A stretch of 64,000 nt of DNA from positions 318,308,001 to 318,372,000 of the forward strand of contig OZ024742.1 of assembly GCA_964016885.1 (NCBI GenBank), written 5' to 3'. The stretch comes from Eledone cirrhosa (Eukaryota). The number at the start of each line of letters is the position of its first letter. Position 1 is the first letter of the stretch. Positions 29,045 to 42,788 of this stretch are shown here, in pieces. The translations under genes were made by a program, and so were the position numbers. The notes beneath the pieces are model-generated. The model was not told where the DNA came from. It saw nothing but the letters and a program-made list of their open reading frames with translations, and did no database searches.

Positions 29045-29540
29045 TTAATCCGTATGGTGAGCAAATGGAGTCCCACGTACTGGCCTCCCCACAACCCGAG
29101 CGGAGAGGATGGAGAAGGCGCTTCCCCGGAGGTTGGTAAGGGAGATGCGCTGGAAGAGCCATTTCAACTCGCGAGGCTCACACCTGCGGCTGGCCAGCTC
29201 AGCGCCTTTGGGGGATGAATAGGAAGGTGGCCCTAGGGCCAATGATACCAGAAGTCTCCACTGCCAAGGGCACGACCGCGAACGGAGAGCGACCGGTACT
29301 TGGAGAGTTTGACCTCCTCAGCCCGACGTGCAGCAGCACCTGGGTTAGTCGCAGACTGCACCAGGTTGCGGCTGGAGAACGTGTCGCTGCAAGTGGCATC
29401 CCAGACGAGGGGTTTGCCACCGCGGAACGGGAAGATGGTCATACCGCCTGGCCTTTTGCCATCTCCTCGGTCCAACCCCACCGGCTCGAGCTGGGAGGGG
29501 AAGCCTGCAGCGTCCAAGCCATGCTTAATGACCTCGTTGT
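29045..29540 (-). mobile_element. CRE-clade non-LTR retrotransposon, 3' RLE endonuclease fragment
   Basis: EPVGLDRGDGKRP.GMTIFPF..GKPLVWDATCSDT..AEEVKLSKY, then frameshifted VETSG..G..LFQRISL. Confidence 0.8.
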
Positions 29541-29940
29541 TACACTACCTTAGGTTTCAAGGCAATGGCGTAGATACATCTGCAGACTGTACACTATGGT
29601 ACATAGTGCACGAAACAACGCTGCAGTGCTACTTCATGCATACTGCACCATCGTATACAGTCTGATACTTCATATCTGTTTTCCCAACGGACGAAAATAT
29701 TGATAATAATAATTTAGAAGCTATAATAAAATAATGATGGAGATAAAATTACATGCAAATATTTTCCTAGATTCAGCCAGATAAGTTTAGTATGTAATTA
29801 TGATCGGTTTTTCGAAAGCTAATTTAGCAATTTATAGCCTGGGTGTTGATGTTTAAATTAATGTTTTTCTTGGTTTAAGGTTCCAGGTTCTGTGTTCCAG
29901 GTTCTGTGTGGCATCTTTGACAAATATATATCTATATATA

Positions 29941-30040
<100 letters not shown>

Positions 30041-30044
30041 TCTT

Positions 30045-30078
<34 letters not shown>

Positions 30079-30224
30079 ACGAAGGAAGAGAACCATAACG
30101 CACCAGAGTACTCAATACTTAGGTTAGTAGAGTGGGTAATAGGAAAATGTTTGACCCCAACGGCTATTTCTGGACGATCGAAACGGCTTGAGCTCTGCCG
30201 TCGGGGTCAAACATTTTCCTGTAA
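30079..30224. mobile_element. Short palindromic element in (TA)n; same family as 47816-48008 and 35470-35594
   Basis: Shares CGAAACGGCTTGAGCTCTGCCGTCGGGGTCA and TACCCACTCTACTA...CTCTGGTGCGTTA. Confidence 0.7.
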
Positions 30225-30558
30225 ATATATATATATATATATATATACCGAGTAAAGAAGATTGTGGTAGATTGATGTAGATAATACTCACATACACATA
30301 CAAGTGCGTATGCAAACACACATATACGAAGCTAGAGATAAAAAGATAGGGAAGAGAGTAAAAAAATTAGGTGGAGGAGGACGGTAACCAAATATGTACG
30401 GTCTTGCAAAATTACATATATTACAGAGCGTGTATTCATTTATACAGCCAACCACTTAATGACTGATATCTATTTATATCTGTTCATACATACATACATA
30501 CATACATACATACATACATACATGCATGCATACATACATATGTATATTCATACATACA

Positions 30559-31506
30559 TTGGACGATAGACAAAATCCGTGCAATTGATGTTAAAACTCG
30601 AAAAATTCTAAACAACACCGTAAACTTCCACATCAACAGTGACATAGACCGCCTCTACTTGAAACATAAGCAGGGAGGCAAAGGCTTAACATCAGTCCAG
30701 ACAGCATTTGAGAGTTGCATCATATCCCTCCGCCCATCTATTGAACAAGTCTATTTACATGAAACAGATAGGATCCCGAGAGTTGGGAATGAACTCCTTC
30801 AAAGATACTCCCTGCATGATAATCAAAAACTTACACCCAGGGAAATTGCCTAGCAATACCATAGTGAATCCACGGATGAAAAACTGCATGCTTATCACCA
30901 AAAAATAATGCATGGACATGTTGCCAGGAAGCTCCAGAGTGAGAGTAATATAGATAAGCAAAGTAGTCTGTCTTGGACCAACAACCGCTATGTTGGCTCC
31001 CACTTTGAAGGATACGCTTGTGCAATCCAAGAACAGGCAAAACACCTAGATGTGACAACAAGTGGAGACTCTGCAGAATTAACATCGAAGATGTCACCCA
31101 TGTCATAAGCAACTGTCCAAAGATGTCATCACGGTACTATCTAACTATGGGGCATGATGTAGTGGCCAAAACGCTGTACAGTGCAATACAAATCTTGAGA
31201 AGCTGGGCTTCACAGAAACAGAAAGAACACGACTAGTAAGGAAATTGAAAGTACAATCCATTAATGGAACAGTAAAAATATGTAAAACATTCCAAAAATT
31301 CTGCATCTAATAACTGCATATACACTTGTACAAATACAAAAAATATATACGCATCTACACATACAATAACATCCATACCTGCAGACATGCATACATATCC
31401 ACCTAGTTAATGTTGTGTAAATTCCAATGAGGGAGTCTTGTATTTATGTTAGAAACCGGCTCTCTCTCTATTGGTAAAATTTGTGAAATTATAAAACCAA
31501 AAGAAC
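30559..31506 (+). mobile_element. R4/Dong-like LINE, decayed and internally deleted, in (CATA)n
   Basis: DVKTRKIL..DIDRLYL..GGKGL; CRLC..EDVTHVISNC..HD; shared 3' UTR; (CATA)n on both sides. Confidence 0.8.
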
Positions 31507-32537
31507 ATACATACATGCATACATGCATACATACATACATGCATGTATGCATAAATGCATACATACATATATACATGCATACATACATATATACATGCAT
31601 GCATACGTACATATATGCATGCATACATACGTACATACATACAAACATACATGCAAGCATACATGCGTACATACAAACATATATACATACTTACATACGT
31701 ACATACATACATACATACATACATACATACATACATACATACATACATACATACATACATACATACATACATACATAGATGCAGTGGCTCGGGTTCGAGT
31801 TAGAACTAGTTCTTTCTCAAAGGCACATAATCTATCTTCAGACCCCTTTGACAATGGATGCTACATCCGAAATATAGAGACCAATAAATATTTCCAAGGT
31901 GACATTATCTCTGGTTCTTTCTTTTTCTCTTTTCTCTTCCTCTTTTCCACCCATCCTCATCTTCCGTTTCTTCACTCGACTTCGTTGCCTGAATGTCTGC
32001 CAACAATTTTCACACACTCATATATATATATATATATGAGAGTATTGAAGTTTGCTTGAAGTATTCTGGAATAATAAGGTTATCTGTCGGATAGGAGCGA
32101 TACGTGTCCTCTGCTGTTCGTTGTTTTGAATATCTGAGGTATTCAGCAGAGCGCGCGCGCGAAATGAGTTCGGTCAACCAGAAGTCGGCGGCCGAAATAG
32201 TTCTTTTAATTGTGGGAGTGGGGTGGCGTTAGCTGTCAATCCATTGTATTATCTGCCTGTGCTGGTTTCTGTATTAGCAGTGTTGTATAGTGTTTTCGTG
32301 TGGTGGTGGTAGTATTCCCTGCCTGTTTGGTGAATGCTACTGTGTGTGTGTATGCGTGTGTTGTTGTCTCGCTTGTGTGTGTGTGTGTGTGTGTGCGTGT
32401 GTTGTTGTCTCGTTTGTTTAAACCAACTCATTTCGTCTGCCTGTTTGGTGAATGCTACTGTGTGTGTGTGCGTGTGTGTGCGTGTGTTGTTGTCTCGCTT
32501 GTGTGTGTGCGTGTGCGTGTGTTGTTGCCTCGTTTGT

Positions 32538-33700
32538 TTAAACCAACCACCTCCTTTCGCTTCTCCCGGATCGGTTATTTATTTGTGGCCCTAGGCGTTT
32601 GATCCAAAGTGCTTCCTTGATTCGTAATGTACCGACGTTACGTTCCGTCGCTAGCACTGTGACAATGGGCCTTCCGTCTTTGTTTCCGCATTTGGTTATA
32701 TGTTTTCGGAAAGACGAGGCCCTGGTGTTGATGTGCTCCTTGATCCGGATGTGTAGCGGCCGGATTGTGCTACCGATACAGTAGTGGTTGCACTTGTTAC
32801 ATTCTACCTTATACGCGTCGTATGTGCGTAGGAAACAGTTCGTATGGCGCATCGGGCAGTTTCTGAAGGAGCACGCGTCAGTCGATTTCCCGGGTTTCCT
32901 GGAGAGGCATCTTCGCGGGGAGGGGCCCGAGTGGGCCAGGTGGATGTCGAGACCCTCCCTCCGTATAGCCCTGCGGATAGCGTTGGTGGTATTCTCGCCC
33001 AGGTGTGGGATTTGAAGGAAGCACTTGCCTTGGGTGTTTCTCTGCCTCTTGCGTTTGATGTCTCTTATTCTGTTTGTGAGTGAGGCAGGGTACCCGTTCG
33101 TCTCCAGCACTTTGAGGAATCGCTTGGTATGGGTGACACCACTCGCGGGATCGCTGCATCTGTTTTTAATTCGCGTGATCTCGTTCGTGACGTACCCTCT
33201 TTTAGCACTGTTAGGGAGGGTGGACTTGTAGTGGACGAACAGGTCCCTGCATGCTGCCTTGCGGTAGAAGTTGGTGTGGATCCCTCGCTGTTCCGTGATG
33301 TTAATTCGGAAGTCGAGAAGGGCAAGTGACCCGTCGTCGCTGGGGTGTTCAACACTGAAATCAATGTTCTCGTCCGTGTTGTTGAACGTCTCATAGATTC
33401 TGTTCGCCATCTCCTCGGAAGATGTGAGGATGAGGATATCGTCCACGTACCTTGAGAAAAGGCGACGGCGTTGGGGTAGCAGGTGTTGAGTGCCTTGCGC
33501 TCGAGGCTGTCCATGTATGAGATCGCTAGCACACCCGGCAGGCTTGAGCCCATGGGCAGTCCCGAGGTTTGCTGGTATGTTTGGTCGAGAAATCCGAAGT
33601 ATGTGTTGTCAACGACGATGGATAGGAGTTGGTGGATGTCAGTGGTGGTGAGCCCGAAGCAGTGTAGGTCGGTAGATTGGACGCGTTCCATCAGTATATC
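32538..33700 (-). pseudogene. Penelope-like element ORF: RT plus GIY-YIG endonuclease, 5'-truncated, frameshift near 33450
   Basis: YQQTSGLPMGS; (RY)VDDI; LLDF; FYRK; AYKVECNKCNHYCIGSTIRPLHIRIKEH..E..I..P.IN. The 3' UTR has a ~120-bp duplication (32319-32546). Confidence 0.88.
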
Positions 33701-34170
33701 ACCGTGGTAAAGTATCAACATTTTATCAACCAGATCACTTACCTGCCTCCATTTTGTGAATCGCTTTACTCAGCAACAAATAATGTTAAGTGTACCTTCT
33801 GGATAAAATATTCATTATTTGGCTATAAAACAACGCTTCATTTAAATATCTCTCCATTATAAAATAGGGAAAAATCCCGTATCCAAGGAAACAGGTGATG
33901 ATCAACATCTGCAAAAATCAGTCAATATATAGTTCGAGATATTGATAAAGTATATTTGCTGTGAGAATTGTAGAATATAATATTTCATCAGTTTTGATCT
34001 ACACCTGGGTGTGAGGGAGGATGCGAGATGAATGAAGGATGAAAAGGTTAAACAGGAATGTTAGATAGATATACCCCTTATACAGAAAGAGATAGTATTA
34101 AGATAACAGATTAAAGTATTGTGAGGATTAAAGTATTAAGTATGTGGACAGGAAATTAGAAAGGTACAAT

Positions 34171-34336
34171 CAGTGCCGGATTTAGGACAAATGAGGCCCC
34201 TTTGAACGTTTGACATTTGAAAAACATTTGAAAAATTCATCGTAAAAAATGTTTTTGGCAGGAAGATGAACCCACTCCCTGGCCAACGGGGCCCTGAGCT
34301 TAAGCACACCTAAGCACAATGGTAAATCAGGCACTG
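34171..34336. mobile_element. hAT-like MITE
   Basis: TIRs CAGTGCCGGATTTA / TAAATCAGGCACTG; imperfect TSD GGTACAAT/GGTAAATA. Confidence 0.65.
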
Positions 34337-34509
34337 GGTAAATACATAAAAAAAAACCACACACATAGAATTACGGTTAGGTGTGACAGGTTAAAATAAT
34401 GTGGGCGAGAGAAAGTTATGTAGTGAATTTCACTTTCAAGGCTTTCATCAAGCAGAAGCTATAGTAGAAAACATTTGTGATAAGCAATAAGATCTTCTCC
34501 TTCTCTTTA

Positions 34510-34730
34510 CTCAGTTATTCCTGAGAGGGTCTTGGGGGCTGAGTCTTCAAACACTACTTCCAGCGGGTCCTGTCAGAAGAAACCGTCTCCAAATGATCTG
34601 GTTGGATCCCCAAGCGCGATCAGCCAAGCTCATGGATGTTATCCAACCATCTTGCTAGGGGTTTACCTCTGGGTCTCTTGCCGATTGGTTTTGTCCGTAA
34701 AATTTGTTCAGCGATTCTTTTTGAGATATT
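34510..34730. repeat. Dispersed repeat, inverse homologue of ~4360-4577
   Basis: TTATTCCTGAGAGGGT..CAGCGGGTCCTGTCAGAAGAAACCGTCTCCAA matches the reverse complement of ~4500-4577. Confidence 0.7.
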
Positions 34731-35056
34731 CTAACTACATGCTCATAGTATCACATCCCAAATCACAGTTATAAAGCGAATTTCATCACACAGCCATAAC
34801 TGCGCTTACATTCACAATATCACTCATATATAAACTGATACATATCAAAACAGAAAAATCTACGAACCAAACAGAGTGATTAACTTACGCTTCAAAACAT
34901 TACGAGACTAACTGTATTGTTTGTGTGTGTAGAGTGAATAAGTTGTCTATGTGGTGAGAAAAACATCAGAACTTTTCCGTCTAAGCAGCACTTCAGAGTC
35001 TAGCTAAACTGTTAACCGGTTCGCTTGGATCTGTACGAAATGAGTCTTGTACTGAA

Positions 35057-35127
<71 letters not shown>

Positions 35128-35128
<1 letters not shown>

Positions 35129-35427
35129 GAAAATGGCCCGAGTGATTGGGCCTTCTCTGTTTATAAGCCTGTAGGTTGAGGAAGAGAGCAAAAGGAAGAA
35201 AGGAGCACTTGCACAACACGCTCCTTGAGTTGAGGGTTGTTCTATCGACGGGGTATTAAACAACCCATTTGTGGCGCCTCCCCCCTATTGGGGATTTCGA
35301 TTGTTGAAATTGTTTGTTTTTATATTTTTTACACGACTGTATGTAAAATCCCCGACATGTCTTTGTATTGTCCCCTTTCTTGTTGCGCCCTTGTGGCTAA
35401 TAAAGAAATCTATCTATCTATCTATCT
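35128..35427 (+). mobile_element. Tx1-like LINE copy E, ~280-bp 3' remnant inside (TATC)n
   Basis: Encodes MARVIGPSLFISL*, then a homologous 3' UTR ending AATAAAGAAAT(CTAT)n. About 18 TATC units lie immediately upstream. Confidence 0.85.
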
Positions 35428-35597
35428 GTGCGCGCGCGCGTGTGTGTGTGTGTGTGTGTGTGTGTATGAAAATAGTCAGGTCCAAACTCAGATCTAGCTG
35501 TCGAAACGGCCGGAGCTCAGAGTCCTGGCTCTTACCCACTCTACTACTCTGGTGCGTTAGGGTCCACCTGGTTCCTTACCACACCCTCTTTGTTATG

Positions 35598-35728
<131 letters not shown>

Positions 35729-36067
35729 CTTGATTTTGATGCTTGTCATTAATAGAGGCGCCTGTTTGGAAGCTTGTGGTAGAGTCACTGTAGTAGTTCA
35801 GACACAGATACATCGTTATATTGTTTTTCTTCGTTACTATTATTTGCCATGATTACATTACACAGCATAAAAGTCTTGGTCAAGCACTTATATTCTACTT
35901 CACTCTATCTTATATACTTATGCCACCCACCTCTTTCATTTTGTGAAGGAGTTTAAAAGACTGACGTCATTTCATGCATACATACATACATACACACATA
36001 CCTACTACATACACACACACACACACACATTCACACACACACACAAACAAACACACACACACGCACA

Positions 36068-36157
<90 letters not shown>

Positions 36158-36677
36158 AGCTTTCGCTCCAGCATAGCTGTAAGTATATCAATTTTGTAAA
36201 TCTAATGTGTGTGTGTGTGTGTGTGAATGTTGTATATCTAATGATATACGGTATGTTTACAAATAAATATTTGAGAGCAGTGTAGGGGGACCATTATCTT
36301 GATAACGGCCACCAGTCAAAAACGATCGATCGATAGTTACCCTCTCCTGCTTCTGGTGGAATTCGTGAGATAGTGTTAGCCATCGACTTTCAAAATTCAT
36401 AGCTAAAAAAATTTCAAATGTTTATTGGTAATCATACCGTATATCATTAGATATACAACATTCACACACACACACATATACACACACACTCACACACACA
36501 CTCACACACACACACACATATATATATTGTTATACTTGTTATACTGCCAATAAAAACACACGTATAGGTGCGTGTGTTTTTATTGGCAGCATGACCCTCC
36601 CAAAGTATAGCAAAATCTGTTTTAACACACGTTTTCAGATAGCAAATCTTGCAAAGCAAATTCAAAATCGAAGTATG

Positions 36678-36794
<117 letters not shown>

Positions 36795-36958
36795 ATAACT
36801 TATTCGACAGATTTCTGGAGTAAGTATTCAATGATATTAAATAAATGGAAACTATATTTATAAAACCATATTTATTCTATTATATATATTTCAAGGGATA
36901 ACTTGAACCGTTAAGGTATATTATCCTTGGTCATGTCAAATATTTATAAAACATTTTG

Positions 36959-37019
36959 TATTTTATCTGATGATAGCGTACCAAAATTTTGGTACCCTTG
37001 AAATATATATAATAGAATA
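36959..37019 (+). ncRNA. Type-I hammerhead, family A (within element ~36810-37062)
   Basis: UAUUUUAU-CUGAUGA-UAGCGUACCAAAAUUUUGGUACCCUU-GAAA-UAUAUAUA^AUAGAAUA. Confidence 0.65.
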
Positions 37020-37063
37020 AATATGGTTTTATAAATATAGTTTCCATTTATTTAATATCATTA

Positions 37064-37164
<101 letters not shown>

Positions 37165-37212
37165 ATAATAATAAATTTGAAGACTTTGCTTAAACTTTAA
37201 TCTTTTATTTTA

Positions 37213-37299
<87 letters not shown>

Positions 37300-37580
37300 G
37301 TACGCATGTGAATTTTGTATATCTAATGATATATATATATATATATATATGTATCGGATGAAGGTGCTATGGTGTGATGTCTAACAACTGCTACATTTGG
37401 CATAAGTAGACGAAGCCAAACATTTAGTTTGGCGAATTACCAAAGGAACAGGCAATAAAGCGAGGCTAAGCATGATGAGCCTGTGTATGTATGTATGTAT
37501 GTATGTATGTATGTATGTATGTATGTATGTATGTATGTATGTATGTATGTATGTATGTATGTATGTATGTATGTATGTAT

Positions 37581-38362
37581 GTTCTTCTGGTTTTATAATT
37601 TCACAAAGTTTTACCAATAGAGAGAGAGTCGGTTTCTAACATAGACACAAGACTCTCTCATTGGAATTTACACAACATCAACTAGGTAAATTATGTATGC
37701 ATGCATGCATGTGTAGATATGGATGTTATTGTATGTGTGGATGTGTATGTTTTGATTTGTATGTGTGCATGTGTATATGCTTTGTATCTGTACATGTGTA
37801 TATGCAGTTATTAGATGCAAAATTTTTGGAATGTTTTACATATTTTTACTGTTCCATTAATGGATTGTACTTGTAGTTTCCTAACTAGCTGTGTTCTTTC
37901 TGTTCCTGTGAAGCCTAGCTTCTCGAGATTTGTATTGAGGCAGTTACTAACATATCCCAGTGCCCCAATAATCACAGGCATAAATCTGAAGGTGTAATCA
38001 GGGTGGAGTATCTGCAGATTTCTCATCAGATCTGCATAAATATTCTCCTTTTCACTAATCTTTGATATTATATTGGCATCTGCTGGGCAGCTAATTTCCA
38101 CTACTGTGCACGTTTTCTTCTCCCTGTCCCATATCATAATATCTGGTCTGTTATGCCTGCATTTTATTGAGGTTTTTACTGGAACATTCCACCAGTACTC
38201 TTTCATATTATGTACATGGATGTCTTCCACATTGTTGTAGCTTTTAATGTGTTTATTATCGGGGCTATCTTTTTTACGAACTGCATTGTACAGTGTTTTG
38301 GCACTACATCATGCCTCATAGGTAGATAGTACCGCGGTGACATCTTTGGACAGCTGCTGATG

Positions 38363-38366
<4 letters not shown>
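37581..38366 (-). mobile_element. R4/Dong-like LINE 3' fragment with RLE endonuclease, in (TATG)n
   Basis: HIISSCPKMS..MRHD; HNRPDIMIWD..VEISCP..EKENIY..PVIIGALG (ORF 37811-38230); (TATG)n on both flanks. Confidence 0.88.
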
Positions 38367-38393
<27 letters not shown>

Positions 38394-38550
38394 CAGGTGA
38401 GTGTCATAATCTATTGGGCCGTCTGTGCAACGAAGACGACTTAGTCTACGTTTAATATTTATAGAACAAGTCAATCCAGTCAAATACCTTTCGTCTCGAT
38501 GATGTACACAAGAAGTGTTAGATTGTGGAATAACACAGGTATATGTAGTG

Positions 38551-38742
38551 CAGTGGTTCCCAAAGTGGGTTCTGCAAAACCCAAGGGTTCCGCAATGGAG
38601 TGTCTGAGGTTCTGTGAAAAAAGTAGAGGAGTATATTTATATTACAACCATATAACAGTATTAGACTTTAGGGTCCCCCCCCCCCCCGAAAAGTTTCTGA
38701 ACCAAAAAGGGTTCCACGTTTGGAAAAGTTTAGGAAACCCTG
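38551..38742. mobile_element. hAT-type MITE
   Basis: CAGTGGTTCCCAAAGT...AGTTTAGGAAACCCTG; TSD ATGTAGTG/GTCTAGTG. Confidence 0.7.
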
Positions 38743-39878
38743 GTCTAGTGAATGACGCACTCGTCCATTTTACTGCTGTAACTCGGTTCAACAGGCATAG
38801 CCGTATGGTTAAGAAGTTTTGCTTTGCAATCACGTCCTTCCGGGCTTGATTCCATTGCACATCACATTGGAGAAGTGTTTTATACAATACGCCTTTTATA
38901 GATCTAAGCTTTGTGATGCTGGCTCGACAAAAGTTTTTGCCGAAGCCACTCGGAAGATATGCAGAACTTAATTTGTTGTCCTTTTTAACACCAACGTCTA
39001 CCTCTTGGGTATATTTAGCGGAATAGTTTCTGCTTTAAGAAAGTACTCAGACAAATCCTCATCTGAGGATATCCAGATCTTCTCTTCTTTCTCTTACCAA
39101 TGTCAGAGGCCATGTAAAAGGATAATGGGCGTGGCCCTTCCTTATTTTACTGCGCCATAAAATATATTCTGGAAGTATCTACTTAAGGTTTGGTGAGCTT
39201 GGCTGTCCGGGTTAAAGTATTTTGCTCACTAACACAATGTGATGCTGGTGTCTAGATACGAGTAACCTAGCTCTCGAGTAACTGATTCATAATCCATACA
39301 TTAATCCATCAGTCCTTTCAATGTCCTTTAGTGTGGTGCTATTAATTAATTCATCGATTTTAGGACAGATAGCAAAATCAACCTACGTTTAAATGCAGAG
39401 AGACCTTTAGTATGGTGCTGGAATTTACTTAATCGATTTTAGAAGGACGGAAAGCAAAATTAACCCACGTTTAAACGCAGAGATATGCATTAAATATAGT
39501 TACTTATTTAGTCTGAGGCTCTACTATAGTTCCAGTCAACCTCCTGCTTTTATTTATTTCTTTTCAGAAGACATAAGTACAAGATTAGCTGAAAAGGAGA
39601 GGCAGTCAGTTGAATTGATCTCAGCATATGATCGAAAATTTATTCTTTTAAATCCTACAAAAGATGAGAATCAGAGTTGAATCTCGTGGAATTAGAAACA
39701 ACATAGAAAGACTTGAGTAAATAATAGAAAACAGTAGGATGTTCTAACCATTTCTCTCAACACTGCTAACTGGTCACCAATAGATTTTGATCGATATGTA
39801 AATAAAATGTGTGAGGTGGTGGGGGGTTAGGGTTGTACAGACGCATGCGTATGTGTGTCATGTCTCTATGGATTAGAG

Positions 39879-40032
39879 CAGGCATGTCAAACTGAGGGTC
39901 CCCGATGGCCACATGGGTGACATAGGTGTTGTCTGAATGCCACACATGACTACTAACTGCGCACACTATATTTTTCTATATTACGTTCGCGCTGTAAAAA
40001 CCTTTGTGCGGGCCGCATGTTAGACATACCAG
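39879..40032. mobile_element. hAT-type MITE
   Basis: CAGGCATGTCAAAC...GTTAGACATACCAG; TSD GATTAGAG/GATTAGTG. Confidence 0.7.
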
Positions 40033-40072
40033 GATTAGTGGAATCATGCGATTTTATTATGCATACATACAA

Positions 40073-40120
<48 letters not shown>

Positions 40121-40143
40121 GTGCATACACACACACAGACACA

Positions 40144-40183
<40 letters not shown>

Positions 40184-40264
40184 TATTGAAGTTTCTGTTG
40201 AAGATTGAAAAAGTCATAGCAATAAAGAGTGCTCTATGTAAGTTACAGAGCTAAATATTTAATG

Positions 40265-40453
40265 TATAATAAATAATACAGTATAATTACCTCATTACCA
40301 GAGGTTTCCCGGATAAGACGAATACAAGAAACGTCTGCATTCGTTCATCAGACAAGGCAATTTTGTCTGATGAACGAATGCGGACGTTTCTTGTATTCGT
40401 CTTATCCGGGAAACCTCTGTTAATGAGGTAATTATACTGTATTGTTTATTATA
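40265..40453. repeat. Near-perfect ~190-bp palindrome with partial hammerhead motifs on each arm
   Basis: Centre ~40358; each arm has CTGATGA..hairpin..GAAACCTCTG. Confidence 0.8.
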
Positions 40454-40460
40454 TATATAA

Positions 40461-41049
40461 CACCAGCTTCTCCACGCACTGGGAGATTGTCGGTAGGGCT
40501 GCATCGTACAACTTCAAGAGGAAATGCGATCTTTGCCTCATGGAGCTCTACCACATCATAACTGCACCCCACGAGCTCATCAACAGCAGAGCTGAAACAG
40601 CGATAAGTTGTACACATCGCTTAAAAATATCCTTCTTCAGATGGGTTAAGGATGAGGAGTGAAACCGTACACCGGATCTCCCTGCAACAAGTCTTAACAC
40701 CCCGGCGGGCAGGCGCTGCAAAATAACACCCTGGAATCAATCCTTGCATACCAGACCCAGCCTCAGACAAACAGATGCGGCAAAATAAAAAATAAAAAAT
40801 TGTCCGGGAAAGACTGCCCTAACACCGGCCGGAGTTACCTCCCTTGACCTGCTGCAAAATCAACACAAGCTATTTTTGCGAGCAATGAACCTTGATGTGG
40901 ATTTAACCCCCAAAACTCTTTCCGAGCAATATAAGGAACACTTTTCATTATTTTTGCCCTTGAGAAGCCCAACTGGGCGAAACGTACGTAGGTGCTGTTT
41001 TAAATAAACATGTTTTAACGGTCTATTCTCCGATTTTTTACTTTCCCAC

Positions 41050-41050
<1 letters not shown>
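40461..41050 (+). mobile_element. PLE 3' fragment (GIY-YIG C-terminus plus 3' UTR/pLTR)
   Basis: WEIVGRAASYNFKRKCDLCLMELYHII..LINSRAE..CTHR* (stop 40660-40662), then a hammerhead, AATAAA and (TA)n. Confidence 0.75.
40955..40994 (+). ncRNA. Variant minimal hammerhead (CUUGAGAA core)
   Basis: UGCC-CUUGAGAA-GCCC/AACU/GGGC-GAAAC-GUAC-GUA^GGUG. Confidence 0.6.
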
Positions 41051-41132
<82 letters not shown>

Positions 41133-41137
<5 letters not shown>

Positions 41138-41382
41138 AGAATATTTTCGAAACAGCGAGCGAGTTTGAAATTAGAAATATAAGCTATCGCCGTATTTTGA
41201 CTAAAGAAATTACTTAGCCTGATAGTGGGGTTAAGAACCCTCAGAGAAATGGAAAAAGATGAGTATTGACGTACATGTACGTCAATACTCATCTTTTTCC
41301 ATTTCTCCGAGGGTTCTTAACCCCACTATCAGGCTAAGTAATTTCTTTAGTCAAAATACAGCGATAGCTTATATTTCTAATT
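41133..41382. mobile_element. Palindromic element in (TA)n; 107-bp arms 41169-41382 with no spacer
   Basis: Centre GACGTACATGTACGTC at 41275/41276. Confidence 0.85.
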
Positions 41383-41539
41383 ATATATATATATATATCG
41401 AAAATGTACATCTTACACACACACATACACACACAGACGTACACACATATATATGTGTGTGTGTGAGTGAGTATGTGTGTGTGTGTAAGCGTGCGTGTGC
41501 ATATGTGTGTGTGTATGTGTGTGTGTGTGTGTGTGTGTA

Positions 41540-41571
<32 letters not shown>

Positions 41572-41734
41572 TGTGTGTGTGTAAGATGTACATTTTCGAT
41601 TTTGAAATATCTATCAATTTATCTTAGCAGTAACGTAGTTGAGAGAACGACACTTCTCCGCCCATGGTTTTTACTGTTGAGGTCGGGAGGTGGTGGTGGT
41701 GGTGGTTGTGGTGATGGTGGTGGTGGTGGTGGTG

Positions 41735-41767
<33 letters not shown>

Positions 41768-41907
41768 TGGAATATACTTCGTTCTCATCATATCAGAGTC
41801 GCCGCCACACGACTACTCACGCTAATGAAGCAAAAGCGTCAGAAAACAGCACACACTATTTTCGACTTCATTTCCTCATCTAAATGAGTCATTAATCTCT
41901 TGGCGTC

Positions 41908-41930
41908 AGTAGTAGTAGTAGTAGTAGTAC

Positions 41931-41982
<52 letters not shown>

Positions 41983-41998
41983 GGTGGTGGTGGTGGTG

Positions 41999-42057
<59 letters not shown>

Positions 42058-42233
42058 GGTGGTGATAGTAGTGGTAGTAGTAGTAGTTTGAGGATGAGGA
42101 GGAAATGGAGGAGATGGAGGAGATGGAGGAGATGGAGGAGGAGGAGGAGGAGGAGGAGAAGAAGAAGAAGAAGAAGAAGAAGAAGAAGAAGAAGAAGAAG
42201 AAGAAGAAGAAGAAGAAGAAGAAGAAGAAGAAG
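41908..42233. repeat. (AGT)n(GGT)n(GGA)n(AAG)n compound microsatellite
   Basis: Seen directly. Confidence 0.95.
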
Positions 42234-42529
42234 ATAACGGTCGGTCGGAATGAAATCCATCTTGTTAAGAGAAAACATAACCCGGGCCGGAGGCCATGTT
42301 TCTGCTCAGTAAAGCTCAAGTTGTGGAGGTGGAGCTTGGGCTCGGGTTTGGATGGAAAGTAAACTTATTCATGCAGCAGCCATTTTGATTTTTTCAGTTT
42401 TCGCTAATCCAATACAAACAGACTGCGACTAATTGGATGGAATAGAAAAAATAAAGAAAGAATGTGTGTATGCGCGCGCGCACGCGTATGTGCGTGTGTG
42501 TGTCTGCTTGTGTGTGTGTGCGTGCGTGC

Positions 42530-42561
<32 letters not shown>

Positions 42562-42602
42562 TCAATGTGTATATATAAATATATAAATATAAATAGAGAG
42601 TG

Positions 42603-42650
<48 letters not shown>

Positions 42651-42788
42651 AAGACAGAGAACAAGTAACAATTGGAATGAAGAAGTCAATGCATGAATAT
42701 GTAAATATGTATTATAATGATTATACTGCATTCATATGTCCGTCTCCGAAACCCAATTAAAACTAAGCCAAAAGTAAAAAATGGACAA

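Noticed and set aside
41892-42362. Poly-L/V/E/K ORFs
   Set aside because: Trinucleotide microsatellite with no domain or splice support.
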